The notes below the pieces were generated by a model that had not been told where the DNA came from, did not search any database, and worked only from the letters and a program-made list of their open reading frames with translations. A stretch of 64,000 bases of DNA from Nannocystales bacterium (GTDB lineage Bacteria; Myxococcota_A; Polyangia; Nannocystales; Nannocystaceae), in NCBI GenBank assembly GCA_050633305.1, contig JBOEGF010000005.1, forward strand, positions 224,001-288,000, read 5' to 3'. This document shows positions 55,300-64,000 of this stretch, in pieces. The position numbers and the translations under genes are program-made. The stretch's first letter is position 1, and each line of letters opens with the position of its first letter.

Positions 55300-56436
55300 G
55301 TGGGAGTTCCCCCCGCCAGAAAACCGGTTCGCTGCGATACCTGGGCGAACCCCGAACAACTCGTCGGCACCACGCTCGACGGTCGGTATCGGGTCCTGCG
55401 GGTGCTGGGGGCCGGTGGCATGGGGGCTGTGTTCGAGGCCGAGCAGACGACCCTCCACAAGAGGGTGGCGATCAAGGTCCTCGCGCCGCGGCTCGCTCGG
55501 AATGCGGACCAGGTCGAGCGCTTCCTTCGCGAGGCGCAGGCTGCTTCGCGGGTCAGCAACATGCACGTGGTCGACATCAGTGACTTCGGTCGGGTGCCCT
55601 CGGGCTCGGTCTACTACGTGATGGAGCTGTTGCCGGGCCCCGACCTGCACCACATCATCCGTACCGAAGGCCGGCTCCCCTGGGTTCGGGCGAAGACGAT
55701 CCTGCTGCAGATCTGCCATGCTCTCGCCGCCGCGCATGACCAAGGCGTCGTGCACCGCGACATCAAGCCGGCCAACTGCGTGATCTTGCCGGACCCCGAC
55801 GATGCGGGGGGCGACTTCGTGAAAGTCGTCGATTTCGGAATCGCGAAGATCTTCGAAGCGGAAGGGACCGCAGGCTTGACCCGGCCGAACGAGATCATGG
55901 GGACTGTGGCTTACATGGCACCCGAGCAGGCGCTGTGTCGCCCCGTGGATGAGCGGACCGACGTCTACGCGCTCGGCGTTGTGGCGTTCGAGATGCTGAC
56001 GGGGCGAGTCCCCTTTCACGGTGAAGGCATCTTCGATGTGCTCGAGATGCACTGCCACACACCGCCACCATCGCTGACCGCAATCGCTCCGGACATCTCG
56101 CCGACTCTGGATGCGGTGGTACAGCGGGCGCTGAAAAAACACCCGCAGGAGCGTTTCCCCGACATGCGTAGCTTCGAGCAAGCGCTGCGCTCCATTGCCG
56201 ACGAAGGAGCGACGGTGCTTGGACCTGCGGACGCTCGCCCGTCGACGCGTCAAGCGGCAGAGGCGTCGACCGGTCCTGGTGGGATGCCGATCCAGAACCC
56301 GACCCCCCTGCCACATATCCGTCCGCCTTCGACGGGGATGGGTGTTTCCAACTTCGCGCTTCTCGCGGTGTGGATCGGAGTCCTGGCCGGCGGCATCGTC
56401 CTGGGCGCGTGGATCGTCTTCCGGTTCATGATGTGA
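55300..56436 (+). CDS. Ser/Thr protein kinase with C-terminal TM segment
   Basis: GAGGMG, HRDIKPAN, DFGIAK and GTVAYMAPE motifs. Confidence 0.95.
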   Translation: MGVPPARKPVRCDTWANPEQLVGTTLDGRYRVLRVLGAGGMGAVFEAEQTTLHKRVAIKVLAPRLARNADQVERFLREAQAASRVSNMHVVDISDFGRVPSGSVYYVMELLPGPDLHHIIRTEGRLPWVRAKTILLQICHALAAAHDQGVVHRDIKPANCVILPDPDDAGGDFVKVVDFGIAKIFEAEGTAGLTRPNEIMGTVAYMAPEQALCRPVDERTDVYALGVVAFEMLTGRVPFHGEGIFDVLEMHCHTPPPSLTAIAPDISPTLDAVVQRALKKHPQERFPDMRSFEQALRSIADEGATVLGPADARPSTRQAAEASTGPGGMPIQNPTPLPHIRPPSTGMGVSNFALLAVWIGVLAGGIVLGAWIVFRFMM

Positions 56437-56702
56437 ACCTTCGTGGAAGAAGACGGCGCAACAGTGGGGTGAGGTCGGCGGTGGAAGGGTCCGGGCCACC
56501 TGGACTCGTCAAGCTCGTGGGTCACGAGCAGCAGTAGAGGGGCTCGTGAACTCAGCGGAGCTGGGCCGAGGGGACTCGCAGCCGTGTGCTCGACCCCTGA
56601 ACACGCGCACATGTTCGGCGGCGCCGGGTTTTGGGGGCGAGTCGGTGGGCGTTGGTAGGGTCGGGGTTCGTGGCTACGGGCTTCCGCAGCACCAATCCGT
56701 TC

Positions 56703-58568
56703 ATGCGTGCTGGAGGCACGCTGCTCCGCGGTCTCCCGTCGGTCGCGCCCACGTTCATTGTCGTGGCGCTGTTGGCCTGCGTGCTCGTCCCGCTGCCGAC
56801 GCCGCTGGTCGACCTTCTGCTCTCGGTGAGCTTGGCAGGCTCGGTGCTGCTGCTCGTCGGCAGCCTGACGATCGGTCGAAGTTCGGAGTTCTCGAACTTT
56901 CCCGCGCTCCTTCTACTCGCGACGCTGTTCCGGTTGGCGCTCAACGTGAGCACGACTCGGTTGATCCTCTCGCAGGCCGATGCGGGCCTGGTTGTGGATG
57001 CGTTCGCATCGATCGTGGTCCGTGGCGACCTGATCGTCGGCGGGGTGATGTTCGCGATCATCACGATCGTTCAGTTTGGCGTGATCGCTCGCGGTGCTGA
57101 GCGGGTGGCGGAAGTTGCCGCCCGGTTCGCGCTCGACGGGCTTCCGGGGCACCAAGCTGCGATCGACGCAGATCTGCGAGCTGGCGTTATCTCGGCCCGC
57201 GTCGCGAGTCGGCGCCGGGCCGAACTGGCGCAGCGTTCGAGTTTCTACGGTGCGATGGACGGTGCGATTCGCTTCGTCAAGGGAGACGCGATCGCAGGCC
57301 TGGCGATCACCTCCGTGAACCTCCTGGGCGGACTCGCGATCGGGGTGGGTCGGAACGGGATGTCTTGGATGGACAGCCTGACCCTCTACGGGCAACTGAC
57401 TGTCGGGGACGGGTTGTTGGCCCAAATCCCGGCGCTGTTGGTGAGCTTGGCCGCGGGGGTCCTCGTTGCGCGAGTGGACCAGCGAGAAGGGGAAGGGCGT
57501 TCATCGGTCCTTCGGTGGCTCGACCCCGCGATGTTGATCGTCCCCGCGTCGCTGTTGTTTGTGCTCGCGCTCATCCCCGGAATGCCGCGGGTTGCGTTCC
57601 TGGTGACAGCGGTTGGGCTCGTGACCTTTGCGATGGTGCTCACGCTTCGAAGCCTTGCCGCAGCGTCGCCGGGAGCGCTGCGCCAAGAAGGTGGTGCGAT
57701 CCGGGTGTTGCTCAACCCAAGCGCTGTGTCTGAGCGGACCGAGCTGATTCGGGTGCTGGCACAGCTGCGCCACGATTGTCGGGCTACGTTGGGCGTGGCC
57801 GTCCCCGCCATTGGGCTCGAACTTCGCGACGCGTTGCCGAAGGATGCGTTGGAGATCGAGATCGCGGGTCGTTCGATGCCGCGGCAGACCTTGCCTGGTG
57901 AGGCGGGTACCGATGCGATCGTTCTGAGAACGTTTCGCGCGGTGATGGACACCGCGCCCGAGTTGGTGGACCTCCAGGTTCTCGACCGGATGCTCGAGGA
58001 CACGCGCCAGTCGCACCCCGTCGTGGTGGCGCGCGCGCTGGCGAAGGTCGAGATCGAGGACGTCCTTCGCATCGTGCGCGGCTTCCTCCGAGAACGCGTG
58101 CGCGTTCCGCCCCTGGAGGTGTTGCTGGGTCTTCTGGCCGAGGATGGTCGCTTTCACGGCACCGCCGGGCGGCCTTTCGCGTGCGAGTGGGCACGCGTGG
58201 CCTTGCAGGACTACTGGGTTCACCCCGAACTCGCGGGCCTCCGAGGGCTGGGGCCCCTGCGCCTTGTCCGGCTCACCCCTGACGCGGAGGAGTTCCTGGT
58301 GACCGTGGTCGACGATACGGAAACGGGTCCCGTGGCTCGGGCGGATGCAGAGCAACGCCAAGCCTGGGTGTCGGCGATTCAAGACGTCGCCGAGCCGGGT
58401 GCAGGGGCGTTGGCCGTTGTGGCGTCGGTCCGGCAGCGGAGCCGGGTCGCCGCGATCTTGCGAGGCGTGACTCCACGCATCCCTTGCTTCAGCGGGGATG
58501 AGATGCAACACGCAGGCGTTGCGCTCGACGGCCCTTGGGTCGACGTCGACGTTCTCGAAGACGCTTGA
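56703..58568 (+). CDS. FHIPEP family (FlhA/SctV) type III export gate homolog
   Basis: FPALLLLATLFRLALNVSTTRLIL, ERVAEVAARF.LD and FYGAMDGA.RFVKGDAIAG motifs. Confidence 0.92.
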   Translation: MRAGGTLLRGLPSVAPTFIVVALLACVLVPLPTPLVDLLLSVSLAGSVLLLVGSLTIGRSSEFSNFPALLLLATLFRLALNVSTTRLILSQADAGLVVDAFASIVVRGDLIVGGVMFAIITIVQFGVIARGAERVAEVAARFALDGLPGHQAAIDADLRAGVISARVASRRRAELAQRSSFYGAMDGAIRFVKGDAIAGLAITSVNLLGGLAIGVGRNGMSWMDSLTLYGQLTVGDGLLAQIPALLVSLAAGVLVARVDQREGEGRSSVLRWLDPAMLIVPASLLFVLALIPGMPRVAFLVTAVGLVTFAMVLTLRSLAAASPGALRQEGGAIRVLLNPSAVSERTELIRVLAQLRHDCRATLGVAVPAIGLELRDALPKDALEIEIAGRSMPRQTLPGEAGTDAIVLRTFRAVMDTAPELVDLQVLDRMLEDTRQSHPVVVARALAKVEIEDVLRIVRGFLRERVRVPPLEVLLGLLAEDGRFHGTAGRPFACEWARVALQDYWVHPELAGLRGLGPLRLVRLTPDAEEFLVTVVDDTETGPVARADAEQRQAWVSAIQDVAEPGAGALAVVASVRQRSRVAAILRGVTPRIPCFSGDEMQHAGVALDGPWVDVDVLEDA

Positions 58569-58603
58569 TTGAAGCACCCCGTTGGTGGCAGCGTGCGAGC
58601 CCG

Positions 58604-59716
58604 ATGCGCCGCACGCCGACGACCTATTGGGACTACGTCAAAGTCGAGGAGCTTCTCTCGCTGCAGTCCGGTCTGGGGCAGACCGACACCGAGTTGGAGA
58701 ACGACGAAGTCCTCTTCATCACCGTCCACCAGATCGACGAGCTGTGGTTCAAGCTCATCATCCGGGAGCTGGTTTCCATCCGCGACCTGTTCGCGGCCAA
58801 GCACGTACCTGAGCAGTCCCTGAGTGCTGCGGTGCGTGGCATTCGGCGGGTCGCGCTGCTCATGCACAACGTTGCGAACCACTTCGCGCTGATGGAGTCG
58901 ATGACAACACGCGACTACCTGGCGTTTCGCGACAAGCTGTCCCCTGCCAGCGGGTTCCAGAGCGCTCAACTGCGGGAGATTGAGATCCTCCTCGGACTCG
59001 GCGCCGACGACCGTATCGCGCTGGGTCATGAGAACAGCTACCTCGACGCGCTTCGCGATGCGGACGGAAACCCGACCGCCGCGTCGGAGCGGGTTCGGGT
59101 CCGACTCGAAGACACGCCCTCCATCAAGGACGCCATCGATGCGTGGTTGTTCCGTACGCCCATCCGAGGGTCCCGGCCCGAGGATGATGGTGATGAGGCC
59201 GCGGTCGATGCATTCATCGAGGACTACCTCGCCGCCCAGGCTCAGCAGAGCGAGTTCAATGAGCGCGATGCGGTCGAACTCGCCAAGAACGAGGCCGACG
59301 AAGAGCGGCTGCACACCCGCTACAGCAAGGAACGAGAGGGAGCGCGTGCGTTCCTCACCGCGGCGTCGGTCGGGGACGAACACCGTGCAAAGACTCGTCG
59401 GATTCGGGCTGCGCTTGTCTTCATCGAGAGCTACCGGGAGCTGCCTCTGCTGGCGTGGCCCCGAGAGATCGTCGACGGCATGGTCGCGCTCGAGCAGTCG
59501 ATGCTGATCTTCCGCCAACGCCACGCTCGAATGGTCGAACGCGTAATCGGACGTCGTACGGGGACGGGCGGCTCCGCGGGCGTCGACTACCTCGACCAGA
59601 CCGCGCTCAAGTACCGCGTGTTCTCCGACGTCTGGGCCGTTCGGACGCTGTTGATGCGGCGGGCCGTCTTGCCCGAGCTCCCCGACCCGGCCTTCTACGA
59701 CTTTGTTGGCCGGTAG
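58604..59716 (+). CDS. kynA: Tryptophan 2,3-dioxygenase
   Basis: Y.DY..LL.LQ, DE.LFI.VHQ..ELWFK, ASGFQS.Q.R and VERVIG..GTGGS motifs. Confidence 0.93.
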   Translation: MRRTPTTYWDYVKVEELLSLQSGLGQTDTELENDEVLFITVHQIDELWFKLIIRELVSIRDLFAAKHVPEQSLSAAVRGIRRVALLMHNVANHFALMESMTTRDYLAFRDKLSPASGFQSAQLREIEILLGLGADDRIALGHENSYLDALRDADGNPTAASERVRVRLEDTPSIKDAIDAWLFRTPIRGSRPEDDGDEAAVDAFIEDYLAAQAQQSEFNERDAVELAKNEADEERLHTRYSKEREGARAFLTAASVGDEHRAKTRRIRAALVFIESYRELPLLAWPREIVDGMVALEQSMLIFRQRHARMVERVIGRRTGTGGSAGVDYLDQTALKYRVFSDVWAVRTLLMRRAVLPELPDPAFYDFVGR

Positions 59717-59751
59717 AGCGGCCGGTCTGGAAGCCGTCGGACGTTGTTCTG

Positions 59752-60150
59752 CTAGGGGAGGGCCGGTCCGAACACGCTCTGCGACTCGAACTGGACGGTC
59801 GCGGGCTTGGCGGAAGACTCCGCGGTCCGAAGCAGTTCCTCGAAGAGCTTCGGGTCGGCGCCGGCCGGGATGTCGACAACGATGCTGCTGCGGTCCACGA
59901 GATACACCTGGGCCGAACTCGCCCCGTACTCCACCACGAGCTGGCGGAATGCTTCTGCAACGCGGTCGGGGGCACTCTCGTCAGTGTCCGCGCTGGTCAC
60001 GGAGTACGTGAGGCGCAAGCCACCAGACGCGCTGAGGTCGGTCGCTCGCGGGGTAGCTACGGGCGTGCCTGGGGGATCTGATGGCGGGCACACTGGGTCC
60101 GGGGCGTTGCATGCTGCGAGCAAAAGCAGGCCGAGAGGCGTCGTGCGCAT
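59752..60150 (-). CDS. Small hypothetical lipoprotein
   Basis: Lipobox LLLLAAC. Confidence 0.6.
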   Translation of the reverse strand: MRTTPLGLLLLAACNAPDPVCPPSDPPGTPVATPRATDLSASGGLRLTYSVTSADTDESAPDRVAEAFRQLVVEYGASSAQVYLVDRSSIVVDIPAGADPKLFEELLRTAESSAKPATVQFESQSVFGPALP

Positions 60151-60201
60151 CGCATGGAGCGTACACGAGCCCGCCTCGAGACTGGTCGGTTCGGTGCCCT
60201 G

Positions 60202-61647
60202 CTAGAACCGGTCGGACTCGACCAGGTCCATGAGTGCATCGACCGCGAGGTCTCCCGCAGTTTCGTGCAGGGATACGGTCTCCTCGTAGTCATCGTTGCG
60301 TCCGGTCATCCACTCGTCGCCTAGGATGAAGTAGCCGAACGCGGGCCCGGTGTTGCCGAGGATGGCCTGGTGGGGGGTGGTCATCATGCTCTTGACCTCG
60401 AGCCCCGTGCGCGTGAGTGGCTCGCCGGGGAAGGAGACGAACTGGAGCTCTTCGCCGAGCCGGACGTACGTCGAAGTGGCGTTCACGGACTGCCCATCAC
60501 CACTATCCGAGAACGAGTAGTCTAGCAGGTCGATCGCAGCTGCCAGCTGGAACAGCACGTTCTCGACCGGCATCGTCCACGTTGTGTGGTCGACCACGAT
60601 GCCGTCGGAGATGGCGTCAGCGGCCCCTGCGTTCTCATGGGCGATGTCCGCGATGATGGCTCCGTAGGCGAACGAACTCTCGAAGCCGTCCGCGAACTTC
60701 CCCGGCGGGCTGGCGACACTTGCGTCGCCGAGGATGCCGTTGAAGAGCACCGCGGGAGCTCCGGTGTTCTCCTCCATGGTGTCGATGTAGCCCGCGCACC
60801 AGTCCCGCGTGATCTGTCGGTTGCTCTGGCCGAGGACGGTGGGGTGGGCCGCGAACACGCCGACACTCCCGACCAACTCGCCGCTGTCATCGCGCGCCAT
60901 GAGCAGCGTGATCGAGTCGTCGGTGAACTCCCAATCTCGCCGGTTGTTGTTGGGCCCCGTGGCGCTTGCGACTTCCAGGGTTGCCGGCTCCCGAAGGATC
61001 CACGCGCGACTCATCGAGCCGACGACCTCGTCGATGGCGGGGTTGCGGTATTCCGACGGTCCGCCGCCCCACAGACCCATGAAGTCCGGGGCAGAGTGGG
61101 TGTGGGTGGCTCCGACCATGATGTGCTCAGGCGGCAGCCCTGTGTTCTCCGCGACGCGAGCAACGATGTCTGCGGTGAAGTTGTTGCCGAAGCCGGGCAG
61201 GTCGGCGACCGCGGCGACGAAGCCGACGTCGCCAAAGCTGATCGCGAAGCTCCGGATGTACACGTTGTCGTGGACCGACTCCGCCGGGCCTCGGACGAAG
61301 GGAGGTCCGTATGCCCCCATGTACACATTGAGCGCGAGGTGCCCCTCGTTTGGGGAGATGTCGGTGATGTCGAACCCGGCGTAGAACTCTTGAGGGTTTT
61401 CCCCCGTTGTCGTCGCTCCGCTGCTGGACGAACTTTCGGCTCCTGTGTCCTCGGATGACGCAGCGCTCGACGTGCTCGACGACGACTCGGTCGACGGCGC
61501 GGAGGTGGTGCTGCTCGAGCTGTCCAGCGCGCCACTGCTGCTGGGCTCAGCCGCGGACGAACTCCCGTCGAGTCCCCCGACCGCAGCGTCGTCCCCGCAG
61601 GCGACGAGACACAACGCGATACACCCAGTGCCAAAAAACAACCGCAT
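60202..61647 (-). CDS. Neutral/alkaline ceramidase N-terminal-like lipoprotein
   Basis: Lipobox LVAC; Ser-rich linker; ATHTHSAP, AAHPT, NG..GD and PGE motifs. Confidence 0.82.
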   Translation of the reverse strand: MRLFFGTGCIALCLVACGDDAAVGGLDGSSSAAEPSSSGALDSSSSTTSAPSTESSSSTSSAASSEDTGAESSSSSGATTTGENPQEFYAGFDITDISPNEGHLALNVYMGAYGPPFVRGPAESVHDNVYIRSFAISFGDVGFVAAVADLPGFGNNFTADIVARVAENTGLPPEHIMVGATHTHSAPDFMGLWGGGPSEYRNPAIDEVVGSMSRAWILREPATLEVASATGPNNNRRDWEFTDDSITLLMARDDSGELVGSVGVFAAHPTVLGQSNRQITRDWCAGYIDTMEENTGAPAVLFNGILGDASVASPPGKFADGFESSFAYGAIIADIAHENAGAADAISDGIVVDHTTWTMPVENVLFQLAAAIDLLDYSFSDSGDGQSVNATSTYVRLGEELQFVSFPGEPLTRTGLEVKSMMTTPHQAILGNTGPAFGYFILGDEWMTGRNDDYEETVSLHETAGDLAVDALMDLVESDRF

Positions 61648-61717
61648 CAGCGGATCATGTCTTCTCGCGGAGAGGGGTTCAAGGTGGCGTGTTTGACGCG
61701 AAGGTCAGCCCGCGTAC

Positions 61718-61760
61718 AAAAAAGCGCGCTGCCGCATCAGAAGGAGATGCGGGAGCGCGC
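61718..61760 (-). terminator. Intrinsic terminator downstream of the roadblock-like gene
   Basis: Minus-strand GCGCGCTCCCGCATC/GATGCGGCAGCGCGC stem followed by TTTTTT. Confidence 0.75.
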
Positions 61761-61865
61761 GATCTGTCGAGCCCGACCCGACGGTGGCAGAGCTTCGCGA
61801 CGCCTAGCGTCCGAGCTCTCAAAGTCCACCGATGATGTCGATGATTTGGATGTGAGCGGGTGGGC

Positions 61866-62291
61866 TCAACCCCACGGGGATGTGGGCGACGCGTCCGGAG
61901 TGGACATTGGCGCGCCGGGCTGGCCGGGTTGAGATGGGGCCACCGACATGACGGTGGACTCCTGTCGAAGTGGTGGGCGGACCTTGCGCGACATTCGACG
62001 AATCATTCGCCGGAGCGATTTCGCGATGGCGTGCCCGGTGGGGAGAACAACTGCGACCGTTTCGTCGCGCTCGGTCTGCACAACAACCGTGTGCTTGCCG
62101 ATGACCATCCGGATCGTCGATTCGTTGGTCTTTGCCAACAGGCTCAGGGCGCCCTCAAGGACTGCGCTCCACGAATCATCGCCGCGAAACTCCTTGCCGG
62201 AGCTCGGGGATGCGTCGCCCGGTGTGATGACAGCCACAGCTTCAATGCCTTGGGCTGCGTTCAAGTGATCGATATTTGCTCGGAGACTCAT
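61866..62291 (-). CDS. Roadblock/LC7-like protein
   Basis: GAGGTAGG RBS; helix followed by GIEAVAVIT.G, a beta hairpin and a C-terminal helix. Confidence 0.55.
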   Translation of the reverse strand: MSLRANIDHLNAAQGIEAVAVITPGDASPSSGKEFRGDDSWSAVLEGALSLLAKTNESTIRMVIGKHTVVVQTERDETVAVVLPTGHAIAKSLRRMIRRMSRKVRPPLRQESTVMSVAPSQPGQPGAPMSTPDASPTSPWG

Positions 62292-62624
62292 GCCTACCTC
62301 TTTCCGTTTTTCCTGGTCGGGCCAGGACCTCGTTTCTAAGTCTGGTCGATTCGGGGAACGGCGCCAGTGTTCGGGTGGTGGTTCGCTCGATACGGGGGTC
62401 CGGGGGGTGCCGATCGGTGCCGACGGGCGATTTTCTCGCCCCGCGTATTCCCGTCTCCCCGCAATACTCTGCAGCCAGCCCTAGGGTTACATCCAGAACG
62501 CTAGATCATCGGTTGGTGCGTGCGGCGGAGCACGCCGTCACGCATGGCGGAACACTGGTCCACGCCCCTGCGGGCATCCTGTCCCTTCGCGGCAGTGCGC
62601 CCTGGGCGTGGGGGCGACCGCGAC

Positions 62625-63467
62625 CTACAGATCGGTCTGCGTCAGAGCGACGCAGCGGGTCCACAGTGCGTCGATCGCTGCACGGTCTGTGAACTTACAT
62701 TTTACCGGGGCTTCATCGATCCAGAACTCGGCGCGCAGGTTGCCCAAGTCGGGATCTGCAGCCAACCGCGTAGGCGTTCGCGCACCTTCGGCCGGCGTCT
62801 TCATGAAGTGCCGGCCGACCTTCATCACCGCCGCGGCAAGCCCTGACAGATTGTCATAGATGCGGGTATTCACCCCACCCGGATGGCAGGCATTGACGCT
62901 GACGGCGTCCCCGATCCTCTGCTGACATCCCCATGTCAGCATCCGGTTGGCTTGTTTGCTCTGCTTGTAGGCCTTGGTGCCCGAGTACGACCGCATCTCG
63001 AAATCCAGGTCGTCGAGGTCGAGGCCCCCGGCGAGCTTCGAGGCGAGATTCACCACTCGGCTTGGTGCGGAGGCGATCAGCGTCGGCGCCAACAGATTGG
63101 TCAGCATGAACGGGCCCAGGACGTTCGTGGCCCAGGTCAGCTCCCGTCCGTCCGGCGTGGTCTCCCGCGTTTCGCGGTACGTTCCCGCGTTGTTCACCAG
63201 CACGTGGACGGGCGCGTCTCCGACCGTGACTTGGTGGGCAAACCCTCGGATGGACTCCGGGTCCGCCAAGTCCAGTGGCAGCAGCGAGAGCCGGTCGTTC
63301 CCACTGTCCTCCGCGAGCTCGCCGAGAGCGGCCGATCCCCGGTCGCGGTCGCGACAGGCCAGCACGACTGTCGCTCCGAAGTAGGCGAGATTGCGTGCGA
63401 TCTCTTTTCCGATGCCGGACGACGCACCGGTTACGATGCAACGTCGGCCTACGAGATCGAACTTCAC
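62625..63467 (-). CDS. SDR family oxidoreductase (retinol dehydrogenase-like)
   Basis: TGASSGIG, NNAG, YKQSK and HPGGV motifs. Confidence 0.93.
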   Translation of the reverse strand: MKFDLVGRRCIVTGASSGIGKEIARNLAYFGATVVLACRDRDRGSAALGELAEDSGNDRLSLLPLDLADPESIRGFAHQVTVGDAPVHVLVNNAGTYRETRETTPDGRELTWATNVLGPFMLTNLLAPTLIASAPSRVVNLASKLAGGLDLDDLDFEMRSYSGTKAYKQSKQANRMLTWGCQQRIGDAVSVNACHPGGVNTRIYDNLSGLAAAVMKVGRHFMKTPAEGARTPTRLAADPDLGNLRAEFWIDEAPVKCKFTDRAAIDALWTRCVALTQTDL

Positions 63468-63522
63468 GTCCTCATGATACCGCCGTGGTCTGTTCTCCCA
63501 AGAAACCGGTAGGCTCCGGCCC

Positions 63523-64000
63523 ATGGCACGCAACGGAGAGATGATCGAGTTTGCCGCGGGGTCCGGATCCGCCCCAGGATATTTGGCCCGGCCTGCATCG
63601 GGGTCCGGTCCTGGATTGGTGGTCTTGCAGGAGTGGTGGGGCCTGGTCGACCACATCAAGGACGTCGCGGACCGGTTCGCCGCGCAGGGTTTTGTCACAC
63701 TCGCGCCAGACCTATACCGGGGCGACTCCACGACCGACCCCGATGATGCGGGGCGCAGGATGATGGCGCTCGACATCGGCCGGGCGGGTCAGGACGTTGC
63801 ATCCGCTGTCGGTCATCTGCGCGGCTTGGATGCCGTCACGCCGAAGAAGGTCGGTGTCATGGGCTTCTGCATGGGCGGGCAGCTGGCACTGCAAGCGGCG
63901 GTCGAGCATGGTGACACCGTCACGTGTGCCGTCGACTTCTACGGGATCCACCCCAGCGTGCAGTTGGACTTCGCAAAATTGAAAGTCCCCGTGCTCGCGC
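63523..64000 (+). CDS. Dienelactone hydrolase family protein, 3' truncated by the window edge
   Basis: Read directly from the sequence (not in the ORF track): VVLQEWWGL, APDLY, GFCMGG and FYG motifs. Confidence 0.92.
   Translation, partial: MARNGEMIEFAAGSGSAPGYLARPASGSGPGLVVLQEWWGLVDHIKDVADRFAAQGFVTLAPDLYRGDSTTDPDDAGRRMMALDIGRAGQDVASAVGHLRGLDAVTPKKVGVMGFCMGGQLALQAAVEHGDTVTCAVDFYGIHPSVQLDFAKLKVPVLA

Noticed and set aside
2835..59716. Functional link between trpS and tryptophan dioxygenase
   Set aside because: About 55 kb apart with unrelated genes between; likely coincidental.

Overview
GC-rich bacterial chromosomal window. The gene content (three Ser/Thr kinase-TM-TPR receptors, an FHA protein, an ECF sigma factor, many lipoproteins with Ser/Thr/Asp-rich linkers, vWA, roadblock and DUF4388-like proteins) points to a myxobacterium, probably Nannocystaceae-like; this is an inference. 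I recognised no rRNA, tRNA, CRISPR array or transposase. Recognisable genes: trpS, trkA/trkH, an MscS channel, ogt, a split Mla/Mce ABC transporter, an FKBP, tryptophan 2,3-dioxygenase, a fatty-acid desaturase and an orphan FlhA/SctV homolog. Most interesting items: (1) a six-gene, translationally coupled K+/osmotic operon combining TrkAH, a CPA-like protein, a 1404-aa antiporter-helical-P-loop ATPase-wHTH fusion, MscS and an M28 lipoprotein that has lost its metal ligands; (2) a kinase-TPR/ECF-sigma cassette whose two flanking secreted-protein genes share a near-identical promoter-like motif, GGAACG-N6-CGTYGGCGCC-N2-ACT; (3) a UGA-recoded UxxC selenoprotein with a SECIS-like hairpin, which the ORF track splits in two; (4) an RHH/Zn-finger regulator sharing an AT-rich operator-like repeat with a divergent desaturase. 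Products are called from motifs read by eye, with no database search, and many start codons are best guesses.
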